Assembly (NCBI GenBank): GCA_905178155.1
Contig: CAJINV010000011.1
Coordinates: 1,317,593 to 1,381,592 of the forward strand
From: Amoebophrya sp. A120
Lineage: Eukaryota > Protista > Dinoflagellata
Direction: 5' to 3'
Length of the DNA stretch: 64,000 bases
The translations under genes and the position numbers were made by a program. Of this stretch, positions 32,199 through 44,500 are shown one piece after another. The stretch's first letter is position 1; every line of letters begins with the position of its first letter. Under the pieces are notes generated by a model that saw only the letters and a program-made list of their open reading frames with translations, was not told the origin of the DNA and searched no databases.

Positions 32199-35100
32199 AT
32201 GGCCGCCTTCGCACCCGGCGACGATGAGTCGTCCATTTGGACGATCTTCGGCGACCTGGCTCCGGATATGAATTGCAAAAGTATCGTACTCGTATAAATG
32301 CATTACAAATTTCCTCAGCATGAGAAATAAACTTTGCAATGCTGATTTACCTTAAGAAACAGATTTGTAATGCATGACTTCAATACCAATACGAGTACGA
32401 TACTTTTGCACAGGATGCCGGAGGAAGAAGAGATTCTATTTCAAGAATTGGAAAAGGAGCGAAGCGAAACCACGGAGAAGCTGGCGAAAATAAAAAAGTT
32501 CATCCGAAACCGGAAGGAAAACGAAGCTTTGCAAATAAACGGGGACGATGAAATTTCCGACAAATTGGTGTCTGGGTTTGCCAGCATCATCGGAAACGAG
32601 GACGCAGCGCGAGAAATTCTGGACTGGTATGAATTTATTCTATAAAACAGAGCTGCGTGGTTTGTGGGATGATTTTGCATAGCATATAGCAACATCAACA
32701 CATCACCAGAGCGGTTTTGCTCTGTTGCAATGTGAATGTCTCAGTGCAAAAATTTTTTGTAATGTAGAAGCGGATGTAGTACCAGTACAACAAGCCATGA
32801 CAGTGACAGACGAAATACAAAAATTCGCTGGAAAACGACCAAAACTCGCAAAATATCATAAACTACAGGGGTCGTCAGATAATACGCGACATGCAGCAGA
32901 TAGGGGAAGAAATGAAGCTTCAGGAGGACGAACCGCAGCAAGTAAGCCTGACGCAGGGAAAACCCGTGCAGCCCACGAACGCTCTGTTCAGCGCCGCCGG
33001 CGGAAATTTGTTTAAGGACGCAATAGGCGGGGTATGATACTTTTTATTTTTTGTTATCGTTTTTTGGGGATGCAAATGCATCTAAATGCATTTCCATTTT
33101 CATTTTCTCTTTTATTTTTGCAATAACGCTGTATCTGTAAGTACGACGTCGGCCTGGTCGTGGCGGTGACAAATTGTTCACAGTCGTGCTCGCTGTTTGT
33201 TTTTGTTCCTTTTGCACGGAGATCTGCATGAAGTAAAATCAAATCAACCACGTCGTCGATCTCCATATCACTATCAGGTGAACAAACAGTCCAAAGTCGG
33301 GGACCGAGAGCCCAAGCGAGCTGGGGGAGGCAAAAGCAGACCAAGTCACTCCAGGTCAAGGTCTAGGGAGCGAGCTGTGGAAAAGCCAGCGGTATAATTA
33401 AGTTGTTTGTGTTTCGTCGTCTGTCAGGCGCGTTTTGCATGACCCATGCTGTCTGTGCTGCATGCCCTAGCGTCACAGACTTACTTGTGAGGGTATTTCT
33501 ATTTATTGAAAAATTGCATTACAGATTCAGCTGAAGCGACGCCGTTCCGACTCGGAAGACAGGCAGGTAGCATCGGACAAAGTGAGCGACATATCTGACC
33601 AAGGCGTCGGGAACAATCGGAGCGGGCAAGGTATAAAGGTTTATAGCGACATTTTGATTTTTGCTTTGCTATGCAGGACAACGATATCGATCAAGACCAT
33701 AATTTTCACTCCTCAGTTTGACACCTGCTTACGAAGATCGTAACCTCAGCCAGGCAGGCCGCTCGACGGTTCTTGTGCCAATATTTATTGCGTTTTATAT
33801 CGTTTAACGTTTCAACATTTTCAACAGCTAACGGCACCACCGTGACTAAGCGGTTCAGGCCAGCGGACGAAGACTCAGGTCAGGATGCGCCGCCACCAGC
33901 AGAGCACGTTTCGAAGAAGGAAAAGAAAACAAAAAAGCAGGTACTATTATTTGTGCTGCTCTTTTTCATGATGGCATTGGCCATGGCATTTCTTGTTACG
34001 CAGCAGATTTTTTTCTTTTTTGCCATGATGCGTCGTAGATGCTTGCACGAGGAACTGGATGAAGTGAAGATGTTTTTTTCTTGTTGATCTAACAGGACAA
34101 CGCGGGCAAGCGCGAGAAACCTGCAAAGGAGAAGCGAAATAAGGACAAGAAGGAAAAAAAGGCGAAGAAGGAAAAGAAGTCAACCACAAACCGGATAGAG
34201 GAGGCAATAGTGCAGCCAATACTGCAGCAACCGGTAGAAAGCCCACCAGCACCACCGCAAACACATGTGATGCATTTAGGGAACGGTATTAATTCTAAAA
34301 TTTGAATTTCTGTTAAAGTAGAGATAGGGAAAAAGTAAAAGAACTTCATCCAAAATATTGCTTCGCCTTTCGCCTGCAGCATGAGAAACTGGCTCATGAT
34401 TTGTTCCTGTCGCGCTTCACCTTGAAAGAGCGTCGCACTCTTCGAACCTTATCACCATTCCCCCGAAAAAAAAATATCAGGCACTTACATGCCGATCGCC
34501 CCTGGTCAAGTGGTGATGGCGCCGGAGCAAGTGCAATACGCAGTCTCCGCTGCAGCCGCGCCGCGCATGATTTCTGCTCAGCCGGGCATAGCACCGGGCA
34601 GTCTCGGCTACGTAGAGCCAACAATCATTCCCACAACCACAAGTAGTAGCAGTGGGCACGGAAAGGGCTACGGGAAAGGTATAATACTGGATTTTGTGAG
34701 AGAAGTAGAAGATGAGCAGTAGTAGTTCTATCTTTTATTTGCCACGAGCAAGGGCCTGCTACACGGCGAACTCGAATATGAGTCCGAGTCTTGCATGAGA
34801 TGAATTTGCGTATCTCATGCCGATAGGCCTCAACTTTCCATCCTGTTTTTATTCCCGAGGGACCCCGTATAAAAACACACAGGTGGCAAATGGCGCCTCA
34901 AGAAGTGGAAAGCCAGCCGGGAGGATATAATCGTGCGGGAAACGAAAGAGCTGCAATCGAAGGAAACCAAGAAGCTTCGGGAAGGGGAGATAGTGGAGCA
35001 GACCGGTCCTGAGGTGCAAGTGGAGATCCAAGGGCAGACGCGAGGCTTCGTCACCCGCATGCCAATCACACACCCAGCGGCAAAGAACTATCCCGAGGCC

Positions 35101-36346
35101 ATCGGATGGGTACGATTACGAATGTTGTTTAATAGATAGTGATAGTGTTTCTGTTTTCGAATGTAGGAGGTGCTGTGACCAGAATTTCGATCATTCTTTA
35201 TTCCTTGATCATGGGAGTGGAGGTTCAGTTCTTATCTAGAAGAGCGCTCGGTATCGCGAGGAGCACGAGTTGCTGGGCAGTTGACTGGAAGCTCTCTACA
35301 CCATACCCTCGGGCATAATCTTTTGCACGATGGAATTACGAGCAGTTTCACACCTAGGTCATCCGAGGCTTCTGCTCGGGTCGGAGAGCTCATCAGGTTC
35401 AATTCGTACTACGCGGGATCGTGAAAGCTCAAGCTTTATAAAGCTTCTTTGCAGTGAGATAAAAGTAAAATTTTGAAATTTCGCGGATTTTGCTTTTGCA
35501 TAAAAATAAAATTTTGAAATTCCGTGTGTGGAAATAGAAAGTATAGCTTCGCGACTCGGGTTGATGGGCAACAGGATGTATCGTCGCTGCTTCTGTTGAT
35601 TTTCAATTACGATAAAAATAAAATTTTAGAATTTCGCGGATTCCGCATTAGGATAAAAATAAAATTTTAAAATTTCGCGGTTTAGGTAGTCAAGCGAAAC
35701 AGTGTCGACGCTGGTTGATCTGGTAGCCAACAGGAAGTGAATTTTGCTATTTCTCCACGCTCATTATTTCATTACAGCACGATAAAAATAAAATTTTGAA
35801 TTTTCGCGGATTTCGCTTTACAGTTTAGGATTTGACCAGCGTGCAGCATCGAGTCTTCTCTTCAGGAGGAAGAGTTGGCTCCATACCTTGCAGTCGAACG
35901 TTACACACGATGGTATGGTGAATCTAGGAGCGAAAATTCAAACAGCCGCAGTGTGTACCACCGTGAGTCATGTTATGCACGATGGAATTCTAGACATAAG
36001 TATTTTTGTATGAAAATAAAAACTACCAGAGCAAGCTGCTGGTGCATAACAATGATTTTCCAAACAACAGGTCACGCTGTCCGCCAAGCAACTGGGTGGT
36101 CCGGAGTATTTCGTCGAAGGTCCTAGCACTGTAACAATGAATCCGGGGAAGGGCAAAAAGCCCAGCAAACCCGCCTGGACGGCACCGCCGTGGCAGTCTG
36201 CAAAGTCGTGGGGGGCTCCCGCGAAGTCAACGTGGGGAAAGGGAAAGAAAGCAGCGCCAACCTATAACAAGGGCGGGCCGAAAGGGAATCTCACTTGGAG
36301 CGCGAGTAACAACACAACCTCAACGGCCGCTGCCCCGGCGGCGTGA
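32199..36346 (+). CDS. Multi-exon hypothetical protein: PWI-like N-terminus, RS/K-rich middle, SH3-like C-terminal region
   Basis: Phase-consistent model with 1 introner and ~8 GT-AG introns. Contains DDEISDKLVSGFASIIGNEDAAREILDW (PWI-like), SRSRSRER, and IVRETKELQS...EGEIVEQTG...AIGW|VTLSAKQLGGPEYF across intron 35110-36070. Domain names are by-eye guesses. Confidence 0.55.
32267..32417. mobile_element. Introner family A
   Basis: TATGAATTGCAAAAGTATCGTACTCGTA...TACGAGTACGATACTTTTGCACAGGATG, DR CCGGA/CCGGA. Removing 156 nt gives FGDLAP|EEEEILF. Confidence 0.93.
35459..35815 (+). repeat. Five imperfect ~30-bp AT-rich direct repeats inside a 961-nt intron
   Basis: ATAAAA(A/G)TAAAATTTT(G/A)(A/G)A(A/T)TT(T/C)CG at about 35459, 35500, 35612, 35653 and 35782. 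Confidence 0.8.
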
Positions 36347-38539
36347 AATAAATAGGCGAGCCGCTGGTTTGATGTTGGGAAGTGACGAACGATTTATGTT
36401 TTCCACAACTTCTGTTTAGATGCCACTGCTCCGGAAGTAAGAAAACCGTTAATATCATTTCTACTGACCACACGCAGCTCAGCAGCCTTTTATTTGACAA
36501 CTCGTGATTTTTTTTATCTAATTCCCCACGGCAGATTATCTATATCTTCCTTTTTTCGCGCTTCTAGAGTTCGTAATTTATACGGTGGACCCAACATGAA
36601 AATCGCCATTGCTTTCTTTGCGGCGACTCGTCCCCACGACCCCACCTCGACTGCGCGGCATCAACTTGTAGTTCAACACACGAGCCCCTGGTCCTGCCAG
36701 TTTTTTACCTGCTCTCTCGTTTTGTACTTCTCTAGCTTTTTATTTTCTGAATCTGAATCATGCTCCTCGTCTCAGAAATCTGAAAATCGTTTTAATAATC
36801 GGGTATAAGTATTTTTTCTTCGTTCTTCACCGCCCTTTGATGTTGCCGCGGGTAGGTGGAACTTACTAAACGCGAGTACTGGTAAAGCATATAGTATTAT
36901 TATTCCAGTGCCCGGCTGTGAAGGACGTGGACAAGCAAGAGCAACAGCCTGTAGTTGCTTTGTCAACAGCTGCTAGTTTTACGTTTAAAGAGTCATAGGG
37001 ACTACAAATTTATTGTTATTCTGACAATGCTTTAGGTATAGGAACCGAAGTTCCTGTCCAGAAAAGCATAACTGCGAGCGACAGCGACATGATATTATGT
37101 GCGAGGGCTGTATTTATTTTTCCCCCCATACAACTATGGTCCTCGTCTCAGCATACGGTCAGGAACCAGGTTCAATATTTTTCGTAAAATTTTGCCACTT
37201 TCTGCGAACAAAATTCAAAATGTAGTTAATTCATTGCGGTGAGAAGTCATCGTCGTCCTTCCATTCGGCATCGGCGCTTTCTGGTGCAGCTCATATACTT
37301 TGCCTCTCGTGCAGTAGGTCGGTCTTTTTCGACATAATTTCGAGACCTCCCGGGACGAAAGACTTTGCCTCCACCTGTCGATGATCGCAGAGACAGACCA
37401 ATGGTGCAATGGTCGCATCACAACCAGCACTTTCTTGACTACGTACAAAATACGAAAAAAGCGAAAAAAAAAAAAACGAAGAAAAGTTGCAAAAAAAAAA
37501 GTGAAAAAAGTAAAAAGAAATAAATCCCAGCACAAGAAAGCGCGCACTGCGGTGAAGATCTTTTTAGGTTCTTCCTATGAGTAGCGTTCAGGAGGCACAT
37601 GTTCTATCTTGTTCAGCTCAAATTTTTGCCGGGGTTATAATTTGACATTCAAATAATCATACCAGACCCCCGTCAGGAACAGGATCAACATCTTGAATGC
37701 ATCATAATGAAGCTCTTGAAAAAATCATTTCTGTGCGCGCCGCTGGGGGAGATGTTGTCCAATTCCAAATGGATGTTGAGCGAGGCGATCTTCCTTAGAG
37801 GTGATAGAGAAAATTCTCAAAAAATCACGAAAGGAAAATTAAAAACTTCTCATATCTGCATTGGTTGTGATCAGCGCGGGGTACTAGGTGAACTTGCGTC
37901 TTCAAAAGAGGTGATTTCATTTGTTCCTCCTGCTGCTCTGAAGGACTACAAATCAATGTTGTTTATCTTCCGTGACACCCCATTGAAGCAGCGACGACAT
38001 CATTGTGAAACTGAAGCAGAAACCGTCCAGGTTTTTAGAAGGTTCGTTTAGCAAGGCGTAGTAGTTCTACTTCTAGTTCCAAATGCGGCGATCGACAGCA
38101 GTTCGCTGCAGGCGGAACTACAGCAGCGCGGGATTTTTTTGATGTAGTCAAGTTCCCATTGTTTAAGTATTTGATGCGCAGCTGCAGCACTAGCACTACA
38201 TAAGAATAACACAGTCAACTACATTTGAGTACATCAGTACCTGGGCGGCCACACGATGAGAAATTAAGACAGCCACGACAAGTCGTGGACAAGCAACCAC
38301 GATTCTCATTTTTCCGGACTGCGTTTATGTGCAACCAGATTCAGATAAAAGCATACATACTAAGTAAAAAATCAAAAACCCCAACACTGCGGCTGCACGC
38401 CGAAAAATCTTCAGGATGAGCCAGATGATATTAATATAGTAAAGAAAAAGTGACTACACATGTTGAGGACCGATCTACTGCAGCAGGAGACGACAACGAC
38501 TCGATAAAGATTTTTTTAATCGTAAACAGATCGGACACG

Positions 38540-41500
38540 ATGGTAAACGACGTTGGCCTGAGCAACACTGTGGTCGCGGACATTGCTTCGGGTACTCCCT
38601 CACCGCCGCAGGACAATAAACTGCACGGAGCCCCCCTCGGAACAAGTTGTTCTAAGGACAGCGATCATGTGGGCGGTGCCTCCCGCGGTGGACCACCTGC
38701 TCGTCCTCCCAGTAGTAGTTCTAAACTCCTCAACTCAGCAGGACTGTCGTCGCCGCTCGGCGTAGTTCCGAGTCTACCACCGGGGTTAGAAGTGGAAGAT
38801 GGACCTGGAGGACGTCCTCTGGGAGCTGGAGCAGCAGCGTCACCTGCAACAGGAGGCGTAGTTGCCGAAAGTAGTATCAATTCCCTGCTCGCGCCGAAGA
38901 GCGACCGCAGTATCGACTTGACAATCGCAGGAGGGGGAGCTCCAAATCATGAAAATCATCCAAGTGGTTCGGCTTCGGCTTCTTGTGGCGTGTCTAATGC
39001 GGAGAGCGATGCGACCTTCAAGACGGCGAAAAGCAGACGCACTTCGGAGGAGGACGGTGGAGCAGCGGTATTAACTGCTGCGGAGAACAACGCTGCGGTA
39101 GCGGCGGGTGGAAGTAGAGATCGAGAAGGTGGTATCCTGAGCAAAAACGTCCCCACCCCAGAGTCAAGATGGGGATCTCGCAACACAAATCCAGAAGTTT
39201 TGGCTGTAGTGCATGACAAGTTGCCGTCTGTTGTAGTGTAGTGCAGGTTAGCGAGGTCACCCGCATTAGAAACCCAGCTGCTCATCCTGTTTACAGCATC
39301 ACAAATTTCAAAACACGACTGCAAATGCCTTTCATGGGGATGCGCATCACAAGTTTGCTTGTCATTGCGAATCTGCATGACAACTATGGGGTGGGGACGT
39401 TCTTACTTGGGATAGGTGGCCATGCTGGTGCAGCTCTTCTTCGACGTCCGGCGTTGTGTCATGGCAACCAAGCTTCGGTTAATAATTCCCTTTCCGTCCA
39501 GCTCCAGCGCACTCCGCAGGATGATAGCATTAGTGCGTTGTTTGGCGAGGAGGATGGTGATGATGATCACGATCACCTCCAGCTGCATCGTCCCGACACC
39601 GGGATAACTTCACCGGGAGAGGATGACGACGTGGAATTTGAAATCAGCGTGCAGGAGGAAAAAGGGCCAGCAATGCCCGGGTCTTATTCAACTGGTACGG
39701 CACCTCCGGTCATCTCGGTCGTCCCTCCTGGCAGTTTTATTGCGACTACTTCTACCGGTAATCAACATCCTCTGGACACGACCCCCCACGACGACAATTT
39801 CCGCCGGGCCCGCGCGAGTAGCTTGACGTGTGCGACGCAGCGGGATTTGGAAAGACAGATGATTCACGAGCTGCGGATAACGCACGAGCCGGGCACGGCG
39901 GAGAAACCGCTGCCCATGAAAGTTGGAGAGTACTACTACCTGGTGTCGACCAAGTGGTTCAAGGACTGGCAGCAATGGGTATTTACTAGTAGAGAAAAAT
40001 CAGTGACTTCTTGATAAATATAGTTTTGCGCGGTTTCAATTCTTATTCTTTCCCCGTGGTACTGTGGTTTTATTTCATCTGCAGTCGTGTTTCGAGCTGA
40101 AATAATTCAACTCAAATCGTTTGCATCATGCGATGGCACAGCAGATCTTCAAACAATTTTTATCCATTGCTGACACCAATTTATTGCTAATACCTATAGT
40201 ATACATCAAAACAACCTACGATATTAACAAAAAACAGGTAAGCGACCTGGCGGCCCAGTCTCCGAAGCGGGAGACAGCGGACCCCAACGCAATGGATGCG
40301 TCCTCCTGCGCCTCCCCACGTGTCTGGACCAAAGATCGCCCGGGGCCTGTCGCAAACTGCGAGCTCCTGGACATACCGCTGGAAATTGGAGATGGCAGCT
40401 GCGGAGGTCGAGGTGCTCAAGCTGCAACTGGTAAAATAAATGCGAACGGTGTTCTTGAGGCATCGCAACTGGACCGCGACCACATGGATATGTCGGCTTC
40501 TCCGCGCCATGATCATCAAAATCAACAGCCTCCGTGTCGCTCACGTGATCCATTGCGATTCATTAGTCCTGAGCTCGCGGGTGTTGCAAATTGCCACTTT
40601 ATTGAGGTCCCCGCTACGCAAACCAGATCGGGAAAATCAACACCCAGAGAGGATAATCATCGGCCTGGTGAAGTAGATGGTAATTGCGCGATGAAAGACC
40701 AACAAGAAACCAACGTCGCCAACTATTACACCTGCGCGACTCCACCAACCCCCGCGGCAGGAGATGATGCGCAAAGCAGAAACCAAGACCATGACAAAAC
40801 TCCGGTGATGGACCGAAAGCACATGATGGTGAACACGAGCGGTAGTTCTTGTGATAACGATGTGCACATGGGCGGTTGCACGCCTTCCCCGCCGCGCGAA
40901 CTCCCGGCACTGTATGACACCGACATGAACGAGCAGTCGACTTCGCCACCCGGTATTCTCGCCAAGGCCGGCGACACGGAATTCGCAGACGAGTTGTCGG
41001 CGCAGCGAGGTGTACCGCTTGGGGTTTCATCTGCATTGGTTGTTGGGCCAGGAACTAGTTGTACCACGAGCTCCTCATCATCATCATCTCCGCAGGAAAC
41101 AAGTTCTTCCTCTTCTTCTTCATCTCGCAGTGCCGCGATGCAGCAGCAGCAGCAGACAACGCCGCCTCAGAAGGTAGTTTCTCCTGCTCCCGCCACTGGT
41201 GCTGGCATAAATCTGGTTGATGATGTGGATAAAAATGGAAACCCGATAAACGGCAGTACAACAATTATCGCCCCACTCCCCCGGTCGGAAACCGAATTGC
41301 TCAGCAATCTGCAGAACAAGAAAAAGCCGGGATGCTACGACAACCACGACCGGTGCGCGTTGTACCCGCTGAAAAAAGACCTAAAGGAAAAGGAGTTCGA
41401 AGTGGTGCACGAAAAAGTCTGGAAGAAGTTCGCGGAACTTTACGACTTCGACTACTGCATTCGCCGACGGGCGATACCCAGCACCAGTCACGACCAAAAT

Positions 41501-44500
41501 GTGCACGTGTTACTGCAAGAGAACCAGGTGGTGTTGAGGACAGAGGATGTGTCCTCCGTTGCGAAGAGTGAAAAAGAAGAAGCTGCAGCTGATGCTAAGA
41601 AGGCGGAAGAAGTTCAAAAGCCGACTGCGTCTGCGATGGACGGTTTAGTTACAGGACCGAATCATGCGGACGAAACTACGGCAACGGCAGTAATGCCGCA
41701 GCCGAACTTCGGAATGCCGCCGCCAGCACATGGGATGTTGAACTACGGCCAGGCTGCGGTGTCGCAGTCCCTATTCGGTAACGATCCGCCGCCGCCGATC
41801 GTGCATAATTCATCTCCGAGGGGAACAATCGGGATGACCAACCGGTTTGCGTCTGGAACAGTAACCAAGAATAACCCCAATCACCCGGAGCTGGAGCTGC
41901 ACGGGTACAGTCTGCCGGTGTACCATGTTAAATTCAACAAGAACGAAACCCGGGAGGATAACTGGAAGCCGCAGTCCAACATCCCCGACTTTTTCTACCT
42001 GGAATCCCGGCTCGCGTCCGCGGAGGCGGTCAAACGACGGCTGGGCAAAATCATCGGCGTGGAAGTTGTGGACGAAACAGGGGAGGTGGGGGTTGAGGAA
42101 CAGATAACTAGTACCCTCGCTGCAACACCGTCGAACGAAAATTCTTCTGTCAAGATGGAAGTAGATGAAGAACTAGACAACAAAGTGAACAACGACCACG
42201 GTAACAACAAGCAACCGCTTCCGACAGTCAGTGAGGGCATCGAGCCAGCAGCAGAACCGAGTCTGCAACTCCCGGTGCAGTTATCATCGACTTCTGCGGA
42301 CGATAATAGTACCGGTGCGCAGATGAACAATCCACCGGAACTGCCGATCGTGAGTGCAGCTGTTGCGACCAGCACGGAGCTACAGGGCGGTGGTCATCTC
42401 GCTGTGGTTGCAGCAGGAGCTGCTCCGGCGGGAGGTACTTCTTGTGCTAGCGCTGTTGACCTGCAAGGAGAAGGACACGACGCTCAGATAGGCGGAGTAG
42501 AGCAGTCCACCTCTGCAGTAGAAACGACCTCGTCGCAACAAATCAATGTGAACATGCTCCAAACCCCATCCCCCATGGTGGGTCCCCAGATGCTCCCAAG
42601 ACGCCCAGACGACACCGAGTCGGAGCCTCAATCTTCATGCTCCGCTTTGCTCCAGCCGCTGGAAGAGGAACAACAGCAGGAGGGAGTAGTAAAACCTGAC
42701 TCTGCTGCTGCTGGTGCTGCACCTCCGAGTGGTCCTCCTGCGCTGAAAATCACGCTGTTACCCGCAAACCACGGCGGATGCGTTGACAGTTTGAACGAGA
42801 TGGAGATGGCACCACCTGCAGCAGGAGTTGTTGTGCCAGCACAAGATTGTAGTTATGGCCAAGAGCTACGCGAGGACCAAAAGCAGCAGGGATCTGCGTC
42901 TATCTCAGCAGGTCCTGCTGCTCGTCCCGCTACATCAGACGCAACGAATACAACGCAAGCAGGAGCCACTTCTGGTGCAGGATTGGGAACAAGAACGGCC
43001 TCACCTTTTGATCAACAAAATCTGTTGCGCAAGCGGCAGCTAAAGTTGATCGACTACTTTTCGAAAAACAAAACGAAGGATTGCCTGACGAAGCCGGACA
43101 AAATGAACAACAACTCGGTTGTACAGAACAATCAGGTAGGGGACGCCAACAAAAACAACTCGAAAGAACAATCAACAAAGAATTTCGGGTGGCACAAATC
43201 GCTGCAGCAACTGACCATTTACGACAACAATCCGGTACTTGTGGAGGAGGCGGACGAGGCCGGGGAGTTTCCGCCGGCGGCAGACAGCTCACAGCAGATG
43301 AACGCGGGACAAAGCTTTTTCAACGGCATGAATGCTGCGTCGAGTTCTTGCTCGAACAATACAAATACTTACAACACTTCTGGTTCTATGGGCTTCGGAA
43401 TCAACAACAACAACACTTCGTCTTCTAGCAGCTCTACCTACGGGGGTTTCCACAACTGGAACAATACTACAACTGGCAACAACAATTCCAGTTTTTGGAA
43501 CGCCCAGCGAGAAGACCAAGCGACCCAGGGAGAAAAAAAACCGGGGCAGCCGGTCGGCGCCGTGGGGCTGGCAAATTTGGGGAACACGTGCTACATGAAT
43601 TCCTCCCTGCAGTGCCTCGCCGCGCTGCCGCTGCTGCGGGACTACTTTGTGCAGGGGCTGTTCAAAAACCAACTGAACGAAACCGCGTGGAAGAGCGAGG
43701 GCAAGACCGCGACCTGCTTCGCAGGCTTGTTGCAACTAATGAACCAAGCGGAGAATGTCAAGGTACTTCCTTTTAAGGACAATCGCTTTGCTTTAACTTT
43801 CGAATTCGAAGCTTTGTGATGCTATACAAGAACTGCAACTTGTTAGTTATATGTGCAAATAAAAAAAAAAAACAGGTCGCCCCCAAGGGTTTCAAAGCGG
43901 AAGTCGGACGAGTGAACGACCAGTTCTGCGGTTATGGTAGTGTCAGAATTGAAATCGTCAAAGTTGAAATAATTTGCGATGCATAAAACGGATGCCAGTT
44001 GGAGCCCAGTTTCTATTTGGCGCATGACAGATTTGGGTCGAACCGAAATCCAGTCTGTAATGCTGTTTGGGTAAGAGAGACGCCTTTTGTCATGCTGCTT
44101 TAGCAGCTCTATGTCTACCCCTCAACAGGCTTGCTATCTGCTTCAACTTTGACGATTTCAATCCTGACGCTTCCATAGCGGTTTCGGCCAGCACGACGCC
44201 ATGGAGTTCCTCGAGGCGATTGTGGACAGCTTGAAGGAGGACACGTCCACCGTGCGAGGCAAGAAACCCTATGCCGAGTTCCCCGACGACGACGTCCGGC
44301 CGGAGCAGGAAATTTTGGACGCGACCTTAGACATCAACCGCCGGAGGTGTAACAGCTTCCTCGACGAGATGCTGTTCGGGGTGGAGCGGTCCAAAGTGCG
44401 GTGCCCGAAGTGCGACAAGGTGTCCGTGACGTTTTCCAACGTGTTGGCGACGAGTTTGCAGATGGTGGCGCGGGACAAAACGTCTTTCGTCACTTTCACA

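Noticed and set aside
37447-37525. K-rich ORF 37381-37584 as a basic protein
   Set aside because: It arises from an intergenic A-rich low-complexity tract.
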